Virus record (IMG/VR): IMGVR_UViG_3300026223_000001
DNA length: 43,294 nt
Strand: one strand, 5' to 3'
Origin: a virus
Position numbers and translations under genes: made by a program. Position 1 is the stretch's first letter; each line of letters starts with the position of its first letter. Positions 32,897 through 40,662 of this stretch are shown here, one piece after another. The notes beneath the pieces are model-generated. The model was given only the letters and a program-made list of their open reading frames with translations, made no database searches and was not told the DNA's origin.

Positions 32897-33466
32897 TCAA
32901 TCACCTCCCGTCTTCGCTGCATGTGCGGCCTCGATTCGTGTGAGCGCGTCGTCGGTCATGGGTCCCCGCCCGTTTCTTCGTCTTTGAGGCCGTCCCCCTG
33001 TCAAGGGGGATTTAGGGGGTCTTCCGGAGGAAGTGTTGCCATTAACCGTGTTACCGCCCCCATTCCCCATGTTACCGGCGGATTGCTCTCGTTTTACTCT
33101 GAGAGCAGGATTATAGCCCTCTGGTGCTGGAATTAAGCTCGGTAATTCATTGACGTGCGGAAATTGGTGCTTAGGCCAGTTAATCACCTGAATATACCTG
33201 TCTGTGCCAGAGGCGTATCGGATTATGAACCCGGATGCGACAAGGGAGGCCAACGCAGCCTCGCAGTCTATGTCATCGAATGGCATGATCTCGGCCTTTA
33301 GCTTCCGTGGACGGTCCCTAACGCGGCCTTCGCGGTCGCTTACTGTCCATAATCCGATGAACATGAGGCGAGTTAATGGGCTTAAATCTGCCAAGTCGTC
33401 ATTAGTGAAAAAGCCTGGTTTAATCGCTCGGATGCGTGGCACCTTTATGCCCGTTCGCTTTCCCAA
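32897..33466 (-). CDS. Replication-associated / winged-helix DNA-binding protein candidate (189 aa; alternative GTG start 33442)
   Basis: The N-terminal PRIRAIKPGFFTNDDLADLSPLTRLMFIGLWTVSDREGRV...YIQVINWPKHQ resembles N-termini of phage replication/DnaD-like proteins. Recognised by eye only. Confidence 0.35.
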   Translation of the reverse strand: MGKRTGIKVPRIRAIKPGFFTNDDLADLSPLTRLMFIGLWTVSDREGRVRDRPRKLKAEIMPFDDIDCEAALASLVASGFIIRYASGTDRYIQVINWPKHQFPHVNELPSLIPAPEGYNPALRVKREQSAGNMGNGGGNTVNGNTSSGRPPKSPLTGGRPQRRRNGRGPMTDDALTRIEAAHAAKTGGD

Positions 33467-33654
33467 ACGAAAGCCCCTGCACAGTGACCGAGTACGTTAT
33501 CGACGCGCACCGGGCCGTGCAGGGGCGTATGCACGAACTCGAACGGATAGCGCGGCTGCGGCCGGTTATCGACGCCGACGATCTCGTCGAACCCCGCGCG
33601 GCTGTAGCCCATCGCCGCACCACCAGCGCCACAGAAGAGGTCGAGCAGTCTCAC
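33445..33654 (-). pseudogene. DNA (cytosine-5) methyltransferase, N-terminal remnant only
   Basis: (M)RLLDLFCGAGGAAMGYSRAGFDEIVGVDNRPQPRYPFEFV is motif I (FxGxG, AdoMet binding) plus the following strand. Similarity stops near nt ~33528. No PCQ (motif IV) or ENV motif follows in any frame. The GTG start at 33654 overlaps the upstream TGA. Confidence 0.6.
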
Positions 33655-33788
33655 AGCCAACGCTCAATCTGTTTTACGCACCACTCATCGAAGCACTGAA
33701 GCCATCGGGGGCGGCCATTCCAATGCAACCAAAGCAATAACGCATAATATAGACAGATCGCGCCGATGATATAACCGGCGACGGTCAC
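33651..33788 (-). CDS. Small membrane protein (45 aa)
   Basis: In-frame GTG 33788 overlaps the RusA TGA (GTGA) within track ORF 33651..34025. (M)TVAGYIIGAICLYYALLLWLHWNGRPRW.... Confidence 0.35.
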   Translation of the reverse strand: MTVAGYIIGAICLYYALLLWLHWNGRPRWLQCFDEWCVKQIERWL

Positions 33789-34156
33789 GCCAGCACCTCG
33801 ACCACGATTTCGGTGCGCCGCTCGCGCTTCGGCCCGTCCACCAGGATCACGTGTCCGTCCCTGACCTGCTTGTCGTCGGCGTACAGCACGCCCTGTAGCG
33901 CGTCTGAGACGCCCTTGCCGATGTTGTCCCAGTCCCCCCGCCGACTCGCGCCGTAGACCGTCACAGTGAGCTGCAGGTCGCAGGTGAGCAGCGAGAAGCC
34001 GCGGGGGCGGGCCCGGTTGGCCCACAAGATCACCTCGCCGCGCCAGTCGTTGTAGCGGTCGCTGTAATACGGCTTACCGATGCGTGGCACGCGCGGCCGG
34101 GGACAGGGCACCGGCAGGCGCGGCACAGTGAACCGCACCGCCGTCTCGCCGCTCAC
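33785..34156 (-). CDS. rusA: RusA-family Holliday-junction resolvase (123 aa)
   Basis: ...VYGASRRGDWDNIGKGVSDALQGVLYADDKQV... matches the RusA D-x-D-N..K...DAL...DD signature. Confidence 0.6.
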   Translation of the reverse strand: MSGETAVRFTVPRLPVPCPRPRVPRIGKPYYSDRYNDWRGEVILWANRARPRGFSLLTCDLQLTVTVYGASRRGDWDNIGKGVSDALQGVLYADDKQVRDGHVILVDGPKRERRTEIVVEVLA

Positions 34157-34413
34157 AGCGCCGGCTCCGCTGGCTGGCAGTGCGCGCGAATGTGCAAATG
34201 ATCGGTGTGAAAGTTGCCGCTGTGCTCATGACCTGAGCCGCGATGTGTGTGATCGCACTTGCACGCCTCCCTGCTCGCGTCGTATTCGGCGAGCAAGGCG
34301 GCTGCTCGTTTCAGTTCGTTTTCGGTGCGCCCGTTCATCTCCTGCCCGGAGTCCTCGATAGCATCAGCGAGTAACTTCAGCGCCGCCGCCAGCCGGTCTT
34401 CCAGCGTGCTCAT
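34153..34413 (-). CDS. Hypothetical His-rich protein (86 aa)
   Basis: Track ORF 34153..34422. ATG 34413 overlaps the upstream stop (ATGA). ...CKCDHTHRGSGHEHSGNFHTDHLH.... Confidence 0.45.
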   Translation of the reverse strand: MSTLEDRLAAALKLLADAIEDSGQEMNGRTENELKRAAALLAEYDASREACKCDHTHRGSGHEHSGNFHTDHLHIRAHCQPAEPAL

Positions 34414-34787
34414 GACTGCCACGGCGCGCTATCCGATGGGTTCTCGGATCCAGACGGCCGCGCCGGGCACTTGTGCGTAGGCGTCTGCGTTTTGCCGCAA
34501 CCACCACAGCGCGTATCCGGCTCCGACGCTGCCGCGGCGAGGGCGGCACGATGCTCTGGACACGGCGCAAAGCGGCAATCGGCAAATGCCGGCAACGCCT
34601 CGTGGTCCCGCTGGTGCTCACGGCTCGCCAACGCATACGCCACTTCCCGCAGCCGCCTCGCCTCTGCCCGCAGAGCTGCGATCGTCGCCTCGGCGGCTTT
34701 GGTCAACGCTTGCTGTTCCTTTATCCCCACGGCGCGCGTCCCTCTGCCAGCCAAAGCGCATGGCCCGTAGCGATACCGCCCTGGCAC
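34410..34787 (-). CDS. Hypothetical protein (125 aa; alternative GTG start 34730)
   Basis: Track ORF. A coiled-coil-like segment is followed by CRFAPCPEH...CGGCGKTQTPTHKC. Confidence 0.45.
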   Translation of the reverse strand: MPGRYRYGPCALAGRGTRAVGIKEQQALTKAAEATIAALRAEARRLREVAYALASREHQRDHEALPAFADCRFAPCPEHRAALAAAASEPDTRCGGCGKTQTPTHKCPARPSGSENPSDSAPWQS

Positions 34788-35113
34788 GTCAGCGGGTCGC
34801 CAATTGTGATGTCAGCGTGCATCGGCTCGAGTACCTGAAACGGCCCCATCGCTCGATTGCCGCCGGCCACCTCCTGTGAATTGACGCTATCGCAGTGACA
34901 TGTTGACTCGCGGTAGATCACCGCCATCGCCCACGTCCAGTCCCAGTCGCTCCACTGTTGGACGATTGGGAGGAGCGTCGAACAGCCCGTTTCGATGCTC
35001 CCGGCCACCACGCTCGGGGCGTCTGTGACTGCGGGCTGAGGCTGCGTAGCCGCCGCTGGACCAGGCTGCGCGACGACGGGCGTAGCAACTGCGGCAACGT
35101 CCACCACAGGCAC
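34721..35113 (-). CDS. Lytic-transglycosylase-like protein (130 aa as tracked; possibly 204 aa from a CTG at 35335)
   Basis: AMAVIYRESTCHCDSVN...NRAMGPFQVLEPMH resembles the SLT E-S...G(L/P)xQ(I/V) pattern. The upstream in-frame extension encodes a TM helix (see findings). Confidence 0.45.
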   Translation of the reverse strand: MPVVDVAAVATPVVAQPGPAAATQPQPAVTDAPSVVAGSIETGCSTLLPIVQQWSDWDWTWAMAVIYRESTCHCDSVNSQEVAGGNRAMGPFQVLEPMHADITIGDPLTCQGGIATGHALWLAEGRAPWG

Positions 35114-35331
35114 AACAGCAGCACAGGGAGGAGCGCTAGGGGCCAGTAGGGGAGTAGCGCAGCCATCTAGGCTACCGCCCGCCAGAACACCGTCAATAGT
35201 CCGTTCCTGCCCCGATGCACCACCGGCACCAGTCGCCAGTACAGTTGATTCGTTACCGTTCCGAACATCTCTTGTTCCTCCGATTATCAGAATTGCCGCT
35301 ACCGCCGCGCCCAGCGCAGCCAGCCATCCAT

Positions 35332-35541
35332 TCAGTTCGCTTTACCGCCGCTGGTCGCCGCCGGTTCGGCGTCGCGCCACTCAACGTGAGCGACTGCCGT
35401 CTGATGTAGTCCGCAATGCCGGCATGTTCTGGGGTCCTGTGAAAGGTTGGACGTAACGGCTCCGCACGTATACTCCCAGGTTCCCGTCCAGCAATGACCG
35501 CCCAAAAGCTCCAAGCACTGTTCCTTCGTTATCGCCATCAC
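35332..35541 (-). CDS. Small Cys-rich protein (69 aa)
   Basis: Track ORF with a GTGA overlap upstream. ...GGHCWTG...YTCG...CRHCG.... Confidence 0.5.
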   Translation of the reverse strand: MMAITKEQCLELLGGHCWTGTWEYTCGAVTSNLSQDPRTCRHCGLHQTAVAHVEWRDAEPAATSGGKAN

Positions 35542-35963
35542 TCGCTCCCTAAATCAAGCGCGCCAATCGCCGCCGATAGCCGTTCGGCTCGCTCTCCACT
35601 AGCGTGATCCGCCACTACCCACGCCTCAGCCAACAGCGCGCGCAGCCGCTTGTTCTCGGCCTCTAGCTCGGCGATCTCGGCCTCGGCGTCCTCTGCACGG
35701 CAGTAGGCACCCGTCAGTTCGATGCACTCGCCGTTCATGTCTTTCTCGCAGCAATCCTCGACTGCATCACAACATTCGTGGCGCAGCGCCCGGCGTCCCT
35801 TGCACTCGCCGCGCTCATCAGGCTGAGCGAGCACGTCGGCGAGCTGGCCGGCCATTCTCCACCAATAGACCGCAACATTCTGCTTACCCTTCCCTTCCCA
35901 CTCCTCCACCAGCGCCTCCAGCCTCTCGCGTAGGCGGCTCACGACGTCACCTTGCACCGACAC
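35538..35963 (-). CDS. Hypothetical Cys-rich/coiled-coil protein (141 aa; alternative GTG start 35942)
   Basis: Track ORF. ...HECCDAVEDCCEKDMNGEC... followed by AEDAEAEIAELEAENKRLRALLAEA. Confidence 0.5.
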   Translation of the reverse strand: MSVQGDVVSRLRERLEALVEEWEGKGKQNVAVYWWRMAGQLADVLAQPDERGECKGRRALRHECCDAVEDCCEKDMNGECIELTGAYCRAEDAEAEIAELEAENKRLRALLAEAWVVADHASGERAERLSAAIGALDLGSE

Positions 35964-36055
35964 GGCTTGCCGTCGAATCTGTTCCCCGTACAGCCGATGG
36001 AATTGTGGTAGTTATAGCCATGTCCGCAAAGGCAGATCGTCGGTGGGTACTTCAC
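35939..36055 (-). CDS. Small Cys/His protein (38 aa)
   Basis: In-frame GTG 36055 overlaps the RecT TGA (GTGA) within track ORF 35939..36133. (M)KYPPTICLCGHGYNYHNSIGCTGNRFDGKPCRCKVTS. Confidence 0.35.
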   Translation of the reverse strand: MKYPPTICLCGHGYNYHNSIGCTGNRFDGKPCRCKVTS

Positions 36056-37293
36056 GCCATCCGCCCTTGCTCGACCGGCGCGCCCACGCCGCCCAGCTCG
36101 CCGTCGTCGGGTGCTTCGTGGGCAACGCCCCACGCCTCGTTGACGCGGAAGAGGAGAAGGTCAAGCAGGTCAGCCACCTCACGCGGAGCCTTGCCGCCCT
36201 TCGCCTTCGATCGCGCCGACAGGCTGCGCTGTTGTTCGTGCAACTGCGCCATGTCGCGCACCTGCGCCACGCGGCACACGAACGCCGCGTCAGCGCCTAT
36301 CGCCTCGACGTCGCGCCAGAACGGCGGGTAGGGGTCGGCTTCGTGGACGGGCTCGGATGCGTCTGTTCCCAAAGCGTCGGCGTGGGTCGCTATGTGACGT
36401 TGCCTCGGCGTCGCCAACTCTTCGGACATTGCGTCACCCGGGCGAGACGCTACAGGCGTTGCGTCTGCTGGCGGCTCGGCGCGCGACGCCTCGGCAAGCA
36501 GTACCAGCCGTTCCTCGAGCTCGGCCAGCACTTCGGCCAGCGTCTTCCCCTCGCGTTCCGCCTTCGCCGCCACAGACGCTGCCAGCGCCCCGTCCTCCGG
36601 GCCGACGCCCGCGAAGTCATGGACGAACGCATGGGACTGCCCACGCTCCGTACTGCGCGCCCAGAAGCCCGCCCAGGGCGACGGTAGCCCCTCGGGCGGC
36701 GCGTGTATCTCCATCGGCGCTTCGATGACGTGCCCCTCGATGTACGGCTCTTCGTCGCGCACGTCGGCCCCGCAGAGCACCGCCGGGCAGTACGTCTTGA
36801 CGCCGTGCGACATCGCCCGGGCAAACAGCATCGTGCCCGGCCACTGCACCCAGTTGCCGTACGACTTCACGAGCCCGGCCCGGCGCGCGTCTTCGATGGT
36901 GAACGCCGAGACGCCGAGCAGATGGCCGCGCCGGAAGAACGCGACCCGCGCCTCGTCGTCTTCCTTCTTCTCGACCTTGTACGAGTAGTCAGGGTGCCGG
37001 TCCACAAGCGCCGCCAGCAGGACGTAGCCTACATGGATCTTCGGCGGCTTCGGGTTGCCGTCCTTGTCCTTCGTCACGATCACATGGATGTAGTTGAGCG
37101 AGTCCACCAGGCCGAAGCCCATATCCCGCCCCACCGCCAGCTTGAACGCGGCCTGGGCCACGCTCGTAATGTCCGGGTAGTAGCCCGACGCGGCGACCAT
37201 GCCCGCCGTCGCCATCAGGTCTTGCGGCATCCCAGCGACCCACGCCGGAGGCACCTTTTGTACCGCCGTCGTCTGTCCGTCTGCCTGCGTCAT
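36052..37293 (-). CDS. recT: RecT-family single-strand annealing protein with C-terminal extension (413 aa)
   Basis: The N-terminal ~210 aa (...FKLAVGRDMGFGLVDSLNYIHVI...IHVGYVLLAALV...FTIEDARRAGL...WVQWPGTMLFARAMSHGVKTYCP...) match the RecT core pattern W..yP..ML..RA. Confidence 0.55.
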   Translation of the reverse strand: MTQADGQTTAVQKVPPAWVAGMPQDLMATAGMVAASGYYPDITSVAQAAFKLAVGRDMGFGLVDSLNYIHVIVTKDKDGNPKPPKIHVGYVLLAALVDRHPDYSYKVEKKEDDEARVAFFRRGHLLGVSAFTIEDARRAGLVKSYGNWVQWPGTMLFARAMSHGVKTYCPAVLCGADVRDEEPYIEGHVIEAPMEIHAPPEGLPSPWAGFWARSTERGQSHAFVHDFAGVGPEDGALAASVAAKAEREGKTLAEVLAELEERLVLLAEASRAEPPADATPVASRPGDAMSEELATPRQRHIATHADALGTDASEPVHEADPYPPFWRDVEAIGADAAFVCRVAQVRDMAQLHEQQRSLSARSKAKGGKAPREVADLLDLLLFRVNEAWGVAHEAPDDGELGGVGAPVEQGRMA

Positions 37294-37394
37294 ACCCGTT
37301 CCGCCTTCACGCCGTCGCCCTTGCCGTGCTTAACCGTCTTCTCCTTGACGAGCACCTTCGTTACACGGGCGGAAAACTTAACCAGATTGCGCAT
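37290..37394 (-). CDS. Hypothetical basic micro-protein (34 aa)
   Basis: Below the track cut-off. MRNLVKFSARVTKVLVKEKTVKHGKGDGVKAERV. Its TGA overlaps the RecT ATG. Confidence 0.25.
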   Translation of the reverse strand: MRNLVKFSARVTKVLVKEKTVKHGKGDGVKAERV

Positions 37395-37800
37395 GTTCAG
37401 CCTCCTTCTTACGCTCTAGGACCAACGTCCCTTCGCCGCGTCTGCGGCTGGCGTCGATAATCGTGGCGATCACGCCGCCCAGCTTGTGCATCTCATTCAG
37501 CGCTCGGTTATCCCAGTGGCCTACGGGTGGACGCGGTTGCGGGATGACGAAACAGCGAGCGAGGACATCGGGGTCTGCCCTCAGCGCCCTATCGTCCACG
37601 ATCTCCCACGCCCCGGCCAGGATCGTGCCGGTCCAGTGCTCTGTATCAATCTTTGTCGCTCCGGGATGACGCGCCCCGAGCATGTGCCGCGCCTTGCCGG
37701 ACATCTGCGATAGCCGCGCCGCTTCCCGCTGCATCGAGTCGGCGATCTCGGCCAGCGCGTCGTCGCTCATATCGTCCAGGTATGCGTCGATTATCGTCAT
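37378..37800 (-). CDS. Hypothetical protein (140 aa)
   Basis: Track ORF with an ATGA overlap upstream. Confidence 0.55.
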   Translation of the reverse strand: MTIIDAYLDDMSDDALAEIADSMQREAARLSQMSGKARHMLGARHPGATKIDTEHWTGTILAGAWEIVDDRALRADPDVLARCFVIPQPRPPVGHWDNRALNEMHKLGGVIATIIDASRRRGEGTLVLERKKEAEHAQSG

Positions 37801-38135
37801 GGCGTCTCCTTCGCAATGCTCTCGACGTGCTTAGCCCACGCCTCGACCGCTGCGCCTACCGACGTGTATGTTCCGAGATTGACTAGCGAGCAAGCGCAAC
37901 GTGGGCTGTCTGTGTGCTCTTCGTAGTCGCAGCCGATATCCGCGAGCCAGTGGACGCGCAGCGTCTCCCGTAGCGCGGCGTTATCGGCGGTAAGTTGAGC
38001 GATGCGTCCCATTAGCGCCTCGGCGGCTTTAGCTTCAATGGTCGTGAGTGCCGCTAATGCCTTTGGCGGATCACTCATGGCCGATTCGAGAGCCAGCGCA
38101 ATAGCAGCGCATTCGAGATTCGTACAATCGCTCAT
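37797..38135 (-). CDS. Hypothetical protein (112 aa), shares the QLT(A/D)DNAALRE(T/A)L motif with 39289..39504
   Basis: Track ORF with an ATGA overlap upstream. Confidence 0.55.
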   Translation of the reverse strand: MSDCTNLECAAIALALESAMSDPPKALAALTTIEAKAAEALMGRIAQLTADNAALRETLRVHWLADIGCDYEEHTDSPRCACSLVNLGTYTSVGAAVEAWAKHVESIAKETP

Positions 38136-38524
38136 GCCCGCCCCTTGCCGAAGATTGAGCCAGGGTGCTTAGTCCACGGACAGTCCGGGCACTCGATAGC
38201 GTGCAGCGCCTCAACCTCCGGCCTGTAATCGCTTAGCGCCTTCGCCCCAGCCATGTCCGCCTTTATCCAGTCCACGTACAGCTCCGGTAGTTCAGGCCTT
38301 GTCCAGGCCACGTACGCCTTCAGCCAGGCCACGTACGCCTTCGTAATTTCAACCGGCAGTTTGCCGCGTATCGGCTTCATCAGTCGCAGCCGTGTTTCGA
38401 CCTCGGCCTTCGGCTTATGATTCTTGATGTAGGCGATGCGATTGGCCAGCGACTCCGTTAGCGGCTCGCACAGAACATCGTGGTGCAGGTGCCAGATCAG
38501 ATCGCCGATCTTGCGCGGCGTCAT
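38132..38524 (-). CDS. Hypothetical protein (130 aa)
   Basis: Track ORF 38132..38884. Start moved to ATG 38524 (ATGA overlap). MTPRKIGDLIWHLHHDVLCEPL..., with an internal KAYVAWLKAYVAW repeat. Confidence 0.5.
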   Translation of the reverse strand: MTPRKIGDLIWHLHHDVLCEPLTESLANRIAYIKNHKPKAEVETRLRLMKPIRGKLPVEITKAYVAWLKAYVAWTRPELPELYVDWIKADMAGAKALSDYRPEVEALHAIECPDCPWTKHPGSIFGKGRA

Positions 38525-38793
38525 GCCAGCCACTCCACAACGCCACCCAGCGCCAGGCACGCCAGCAGCATCAGCGCCACGACGAGCCACGTCGCGTCCC
38601 AGCTGGGCGCGGTAGGCGTCGCGTGCTTCAGGTTGTGCCACGTCTCGAAGTCGGCGAACGTCAACGGTGGGACGGTGGTGTACGTCGGCGTCACCTTCAG
38701 CGGCGACGATTCGAGCAGCGCCTTTGGTCGCGTCCGCACTGGCACGTCCAGCGTCGGGCGCAGCGGCTTCGCTGGCGTCTTGCGCGCCGTCAT
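38521..38793 (-). CDS. Tail-anchored membrane protein (90 aa), paralog of 38933..39292
   Basis: MTARKTPAKP... with a C-terminal TM WLVVALMLLACLALGGVV. Confidence 0.5.
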   Translation of the reverse strand: MTARKTPAKPLRPTLDVPVRTRPKALLESSPLKVTPTYTTVPPLTFADFETWHNLKHATPTAPSWDATWLVVALMLLACLALGGVVEWLA

Positions 38794-38936
38794 CGCTCAG
38801 CGCCCAGGACGACACCCAACTCACGGGCCACCTCGAGGGCAGCCGCAGCGACACGCGCCGGTACTTGCGGGTAAGCCGCCACATTCGTCAGGTACTGGAT
38901 GGTCTTACGCAGTGTGCGTTTCTGATCAATCGTCAT
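38790..38936 (-). CDS. Hypothetical micro-protein (48 aa)
   Basis: In-frame ATG 38936 (ATGA overlap) within track ORF 38790..39047. MTIDQKRTLRKTIQYLTNVAAYPQVPARVAAAALEVARELGVVLGAER. Confidence 0.35.
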   Translation of the reverse strand: MTIDQKRTLRKTIQYLTNVAAYPQVPARVAAAALEVARELGVVLGAER

Positions 38937-39292
38937 GGCAGCCACCCCGAAACATCGCCCGGCGTGAACAATTGCCCCGCCGCGTAGCCCACCGCCAGCG
39001 CCATCACGACAATCGCCACGCACGCGACGTATCGCAACCAGCTCCAAGCGTGGCGCGGCGGATTCGCCACTGCGCCGGGTCCGAGGCCAGCGTAGCCGGT
39101 GGCGTCGTGAAGAATGACATGCCGGCGACGAATGCGCTCGTCATCGTGCATCGCAGCGTTGGAGTGCGCCAGCAGTTCCTCCGCGATCATCTCGCACACC
39201 TCGGCCTTCGACACGCCGCCCTGCGGCTTCGCGGGCGTCTTGCGCGCCGTCATCGTCCTGGCCGCGTTGACTGATTCCTTGCGCGGCGTCAT
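38933..39292 (-). CDS. Tail-anchored membrane protein (119 aa)
   Basis: ...TMTARKTPAKPQGG... with a C-terminal TM YVACVAIVVMALAVGYAAG. Confidence 0.5.
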   Translation of the reverse strand: MTPRKESVNAARTMTARKTPAKPQGGVSKAEVCEMIAEELLAHSNAAMHDDERIRRRHVILHDATGYAGLGPGAVANPPRHAWSWLRYVACVAIVVMALAVGYAAGQLFTPGDVSGWLP

Positions 39293-39504
39293 GGCGACAC
39301 CTTGATGGCGGCGTCGGCGATCTCTGAGATTTCGTGAAGCATAGCGCTGGTATCACGGCCCAAATCGCTCCCGATATGGGCGATCCACTTCAGCGCCTCT
39401 CGCAGCGCGGCGTTGTCGTCGGTGAGTTGGGCGAATTGCTCGCGTTGCCCTTCAAAACGACATGCTTCAAGGGGCCACTTACAGCCGAGCTTGGGGCCGC
39501 TCAC
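39289..39504 (-). CDS. Hypothetical protein (71 aa)
   Basis: Track ORF 39289..39540. GTG 39504 overlaps the upstream TGA (GTGA). Confidence 0.45.
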   Translation of the reverse strand: MSGPKLGCKWPLEACRFEGQREQFAQLTDDNAALREALKWIAHIGSDLGRDTSAMLHEISEIADAAIKVSP

Positions 39505-39770
39505 GCCCGCACCGCCGAGCCGCACATGTTGCACTCCCACTCTTTTTGCCGCTCGCCCCGCCTGCCGTCGGCGTCAGCTCCGTACACGTAATCGTTGTAA
39601 GTCAGGTCACGCGCCCCACACGCCGCACAGCCGATAGGCGGGTCGCCCCACTGCGCGCGCCGTGCGTTCTCGGCCTCGATGTCGGCCAGTCTGTCGGCTT
39701 CCTGTTCGACGATCCCCTCGGCGACGCAATCGGAGCAGCCGTCATAAACCTGGCAGCCTCGCGCGATCAT
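39501..39770 (-). CDS. Small Cys-rich protein (89 aa)
   Basis: Track ORF. CQVYDGCSDC...GCAACG...ECNMCG. Confidence 0.5.
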   Translation of the reverse strand: MIARGCQVYDGCSDCVAEGIVEQEADRLADIEAENARRAQWGDPPIGCAACGARDLTYNDYVYGADADGRRGERQKEWECNMCGSAVRA

Positions 39771-40366
39771 GCCGACACCTCCGCGAGCAACTTACCGAGC
39801 ATCGCTTCCAACTTGCGATTCTGTGCGTCCCTGGCGGCGGCCCAGGTGGCGGCCCAGGCGGCGTCCCAGACGGCGTCCCAGACGGCGGCCCAGGCGGCGT
39901 CCCTGGCGGCGTCCCTGGCGGCGTCAAGCTCGCTATCGCTCGCTTTGCCCTTCAGCCACGCGCGCTTCGTCTTAATCGCCGCCCACGATCTAGGATCAGG
40001 CTCACGACCCGCTTTTCGCTCGGCTCGCAACGCTCGCTCGGCACACCAACAGGCGAATTCATGCAGTGTCTTCGTCGCGTCAGCGAATACGTGATGCGTC
40101 CGGCCTTGAGCGCACTCCTTATCGCCGCCGTGCGGGACGATAATGCCGCTCAGCGATACCCGTGACACCCAAGCGCCCCGCGAATACCGTAGGGCGTCGA
40201 TAGCCCGCCTTGAGGCGTGGAAGCCACGCTCACACGGCACAGGCTGTCCCTTGATGCTGTACGTCTTGCCAGCAATCAGCTTCTGCTTAGCGCCGAAGTT
40301 CATTCTCGGCACGTCCGTACCAGCGGCGAAATGCCAGTGAGTTCCGAGTAACGGCGCACGCTTCAT
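39767..40366 (-). CDS. Hypothetical protein with a C-terminal (D/A)AA(R/W) tetrapeptide repeat array (199 aa)
   Basis: Track ORF 39767..40552. Start moved to ATG 40366 (ATGA overlap). C-terminus DAARDAARDAAWAAVWDAVWDAAWAATWAAARDA. Confidence 0.55.
   Translation of the reverse strand: MKRAPLLGTHWHFAAGTDVPRMNFGAKQKLIAGKTYSIKGQPVPCERGFHASRRAIDALRYSRGAWVSRVSLSGIIVPHGGDKECAQGRTHHVFADATKTLHEFACWCAERALRAERKAGREPDPRSWAAIKTKRAWLKGKASDSELDAARDAARDAAWAAVWDAVWDAAWAATWAAARDAQNRKLEAMLGKLLAEVSA
39826..39921. repeat. Eight tandem 12-nt units (GCGKCCCWGDCG) encoding the tetrapeptide array
   Basis: Units are gcgtccctggcg gcggcccaggtg gcggcccaggcg gcgtcccagacg gcgtcccagacg gcggcccaggcg gcgtccctggcg gcgtccctggcg. 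Confidence 0.85.
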
Positions 40367-40662
40367 GCCGTCACCGGCTTGTCTACGATGATGCAGGCCT
40401 GCCACTCGCATGGCTCCTCGGCTTGCGGGCTGCACGTACAATCGCCCGGTTCGTACACCGCCGCGAGTAGCCGTTCCAAGCCCCGGCCTGGGGTTATCAG
40501 CATCTCTGGATGGCAATGTGTGCAGGCGCGGTAGCCGCACGCTGGCTCGCACTCAAACCAGTCGGTAGCGCTGCGCCACTCGCGCACGTCGCCGCAACGC
40601 GGACAGTGGGAGAAGCGCGCCGGGGCCATGCTATTCTGAGTCTCGATGGATGGGGTCGCCAT
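40363..40662 (-). CDS. Small Cys-rich protein (99 aa)
   Basis: Track ORF. HCPRCGD...CEPACGYRACTHCH...CTCSPQAEEPCEWQAC. Confidence 0.5.
   Translation of the reverse strand: MATPSIETQNSMAPARFSHCPRCGDVREWRSATDWFECEPACGYRACTHCHPEMLITPGRGLERLLAAVYEPGDCTCSPQAEEPCEWQACIIVDKPVTA

Noticed and set aside
34918-35166. 82-aa hydrophobic ORF (MAALLPYWPLALLPVLLLCLWW...) as a membrane protein gene.
   Set aside because: It overlaps the transglycosylase-like frame. Its Trp/Pro/Leu/Arg-rich composition is typical of an alternative frame of Ala/Val-rich GC-rich coding sequence. Kept only as an alternative to the CTG-extension hypothesis.
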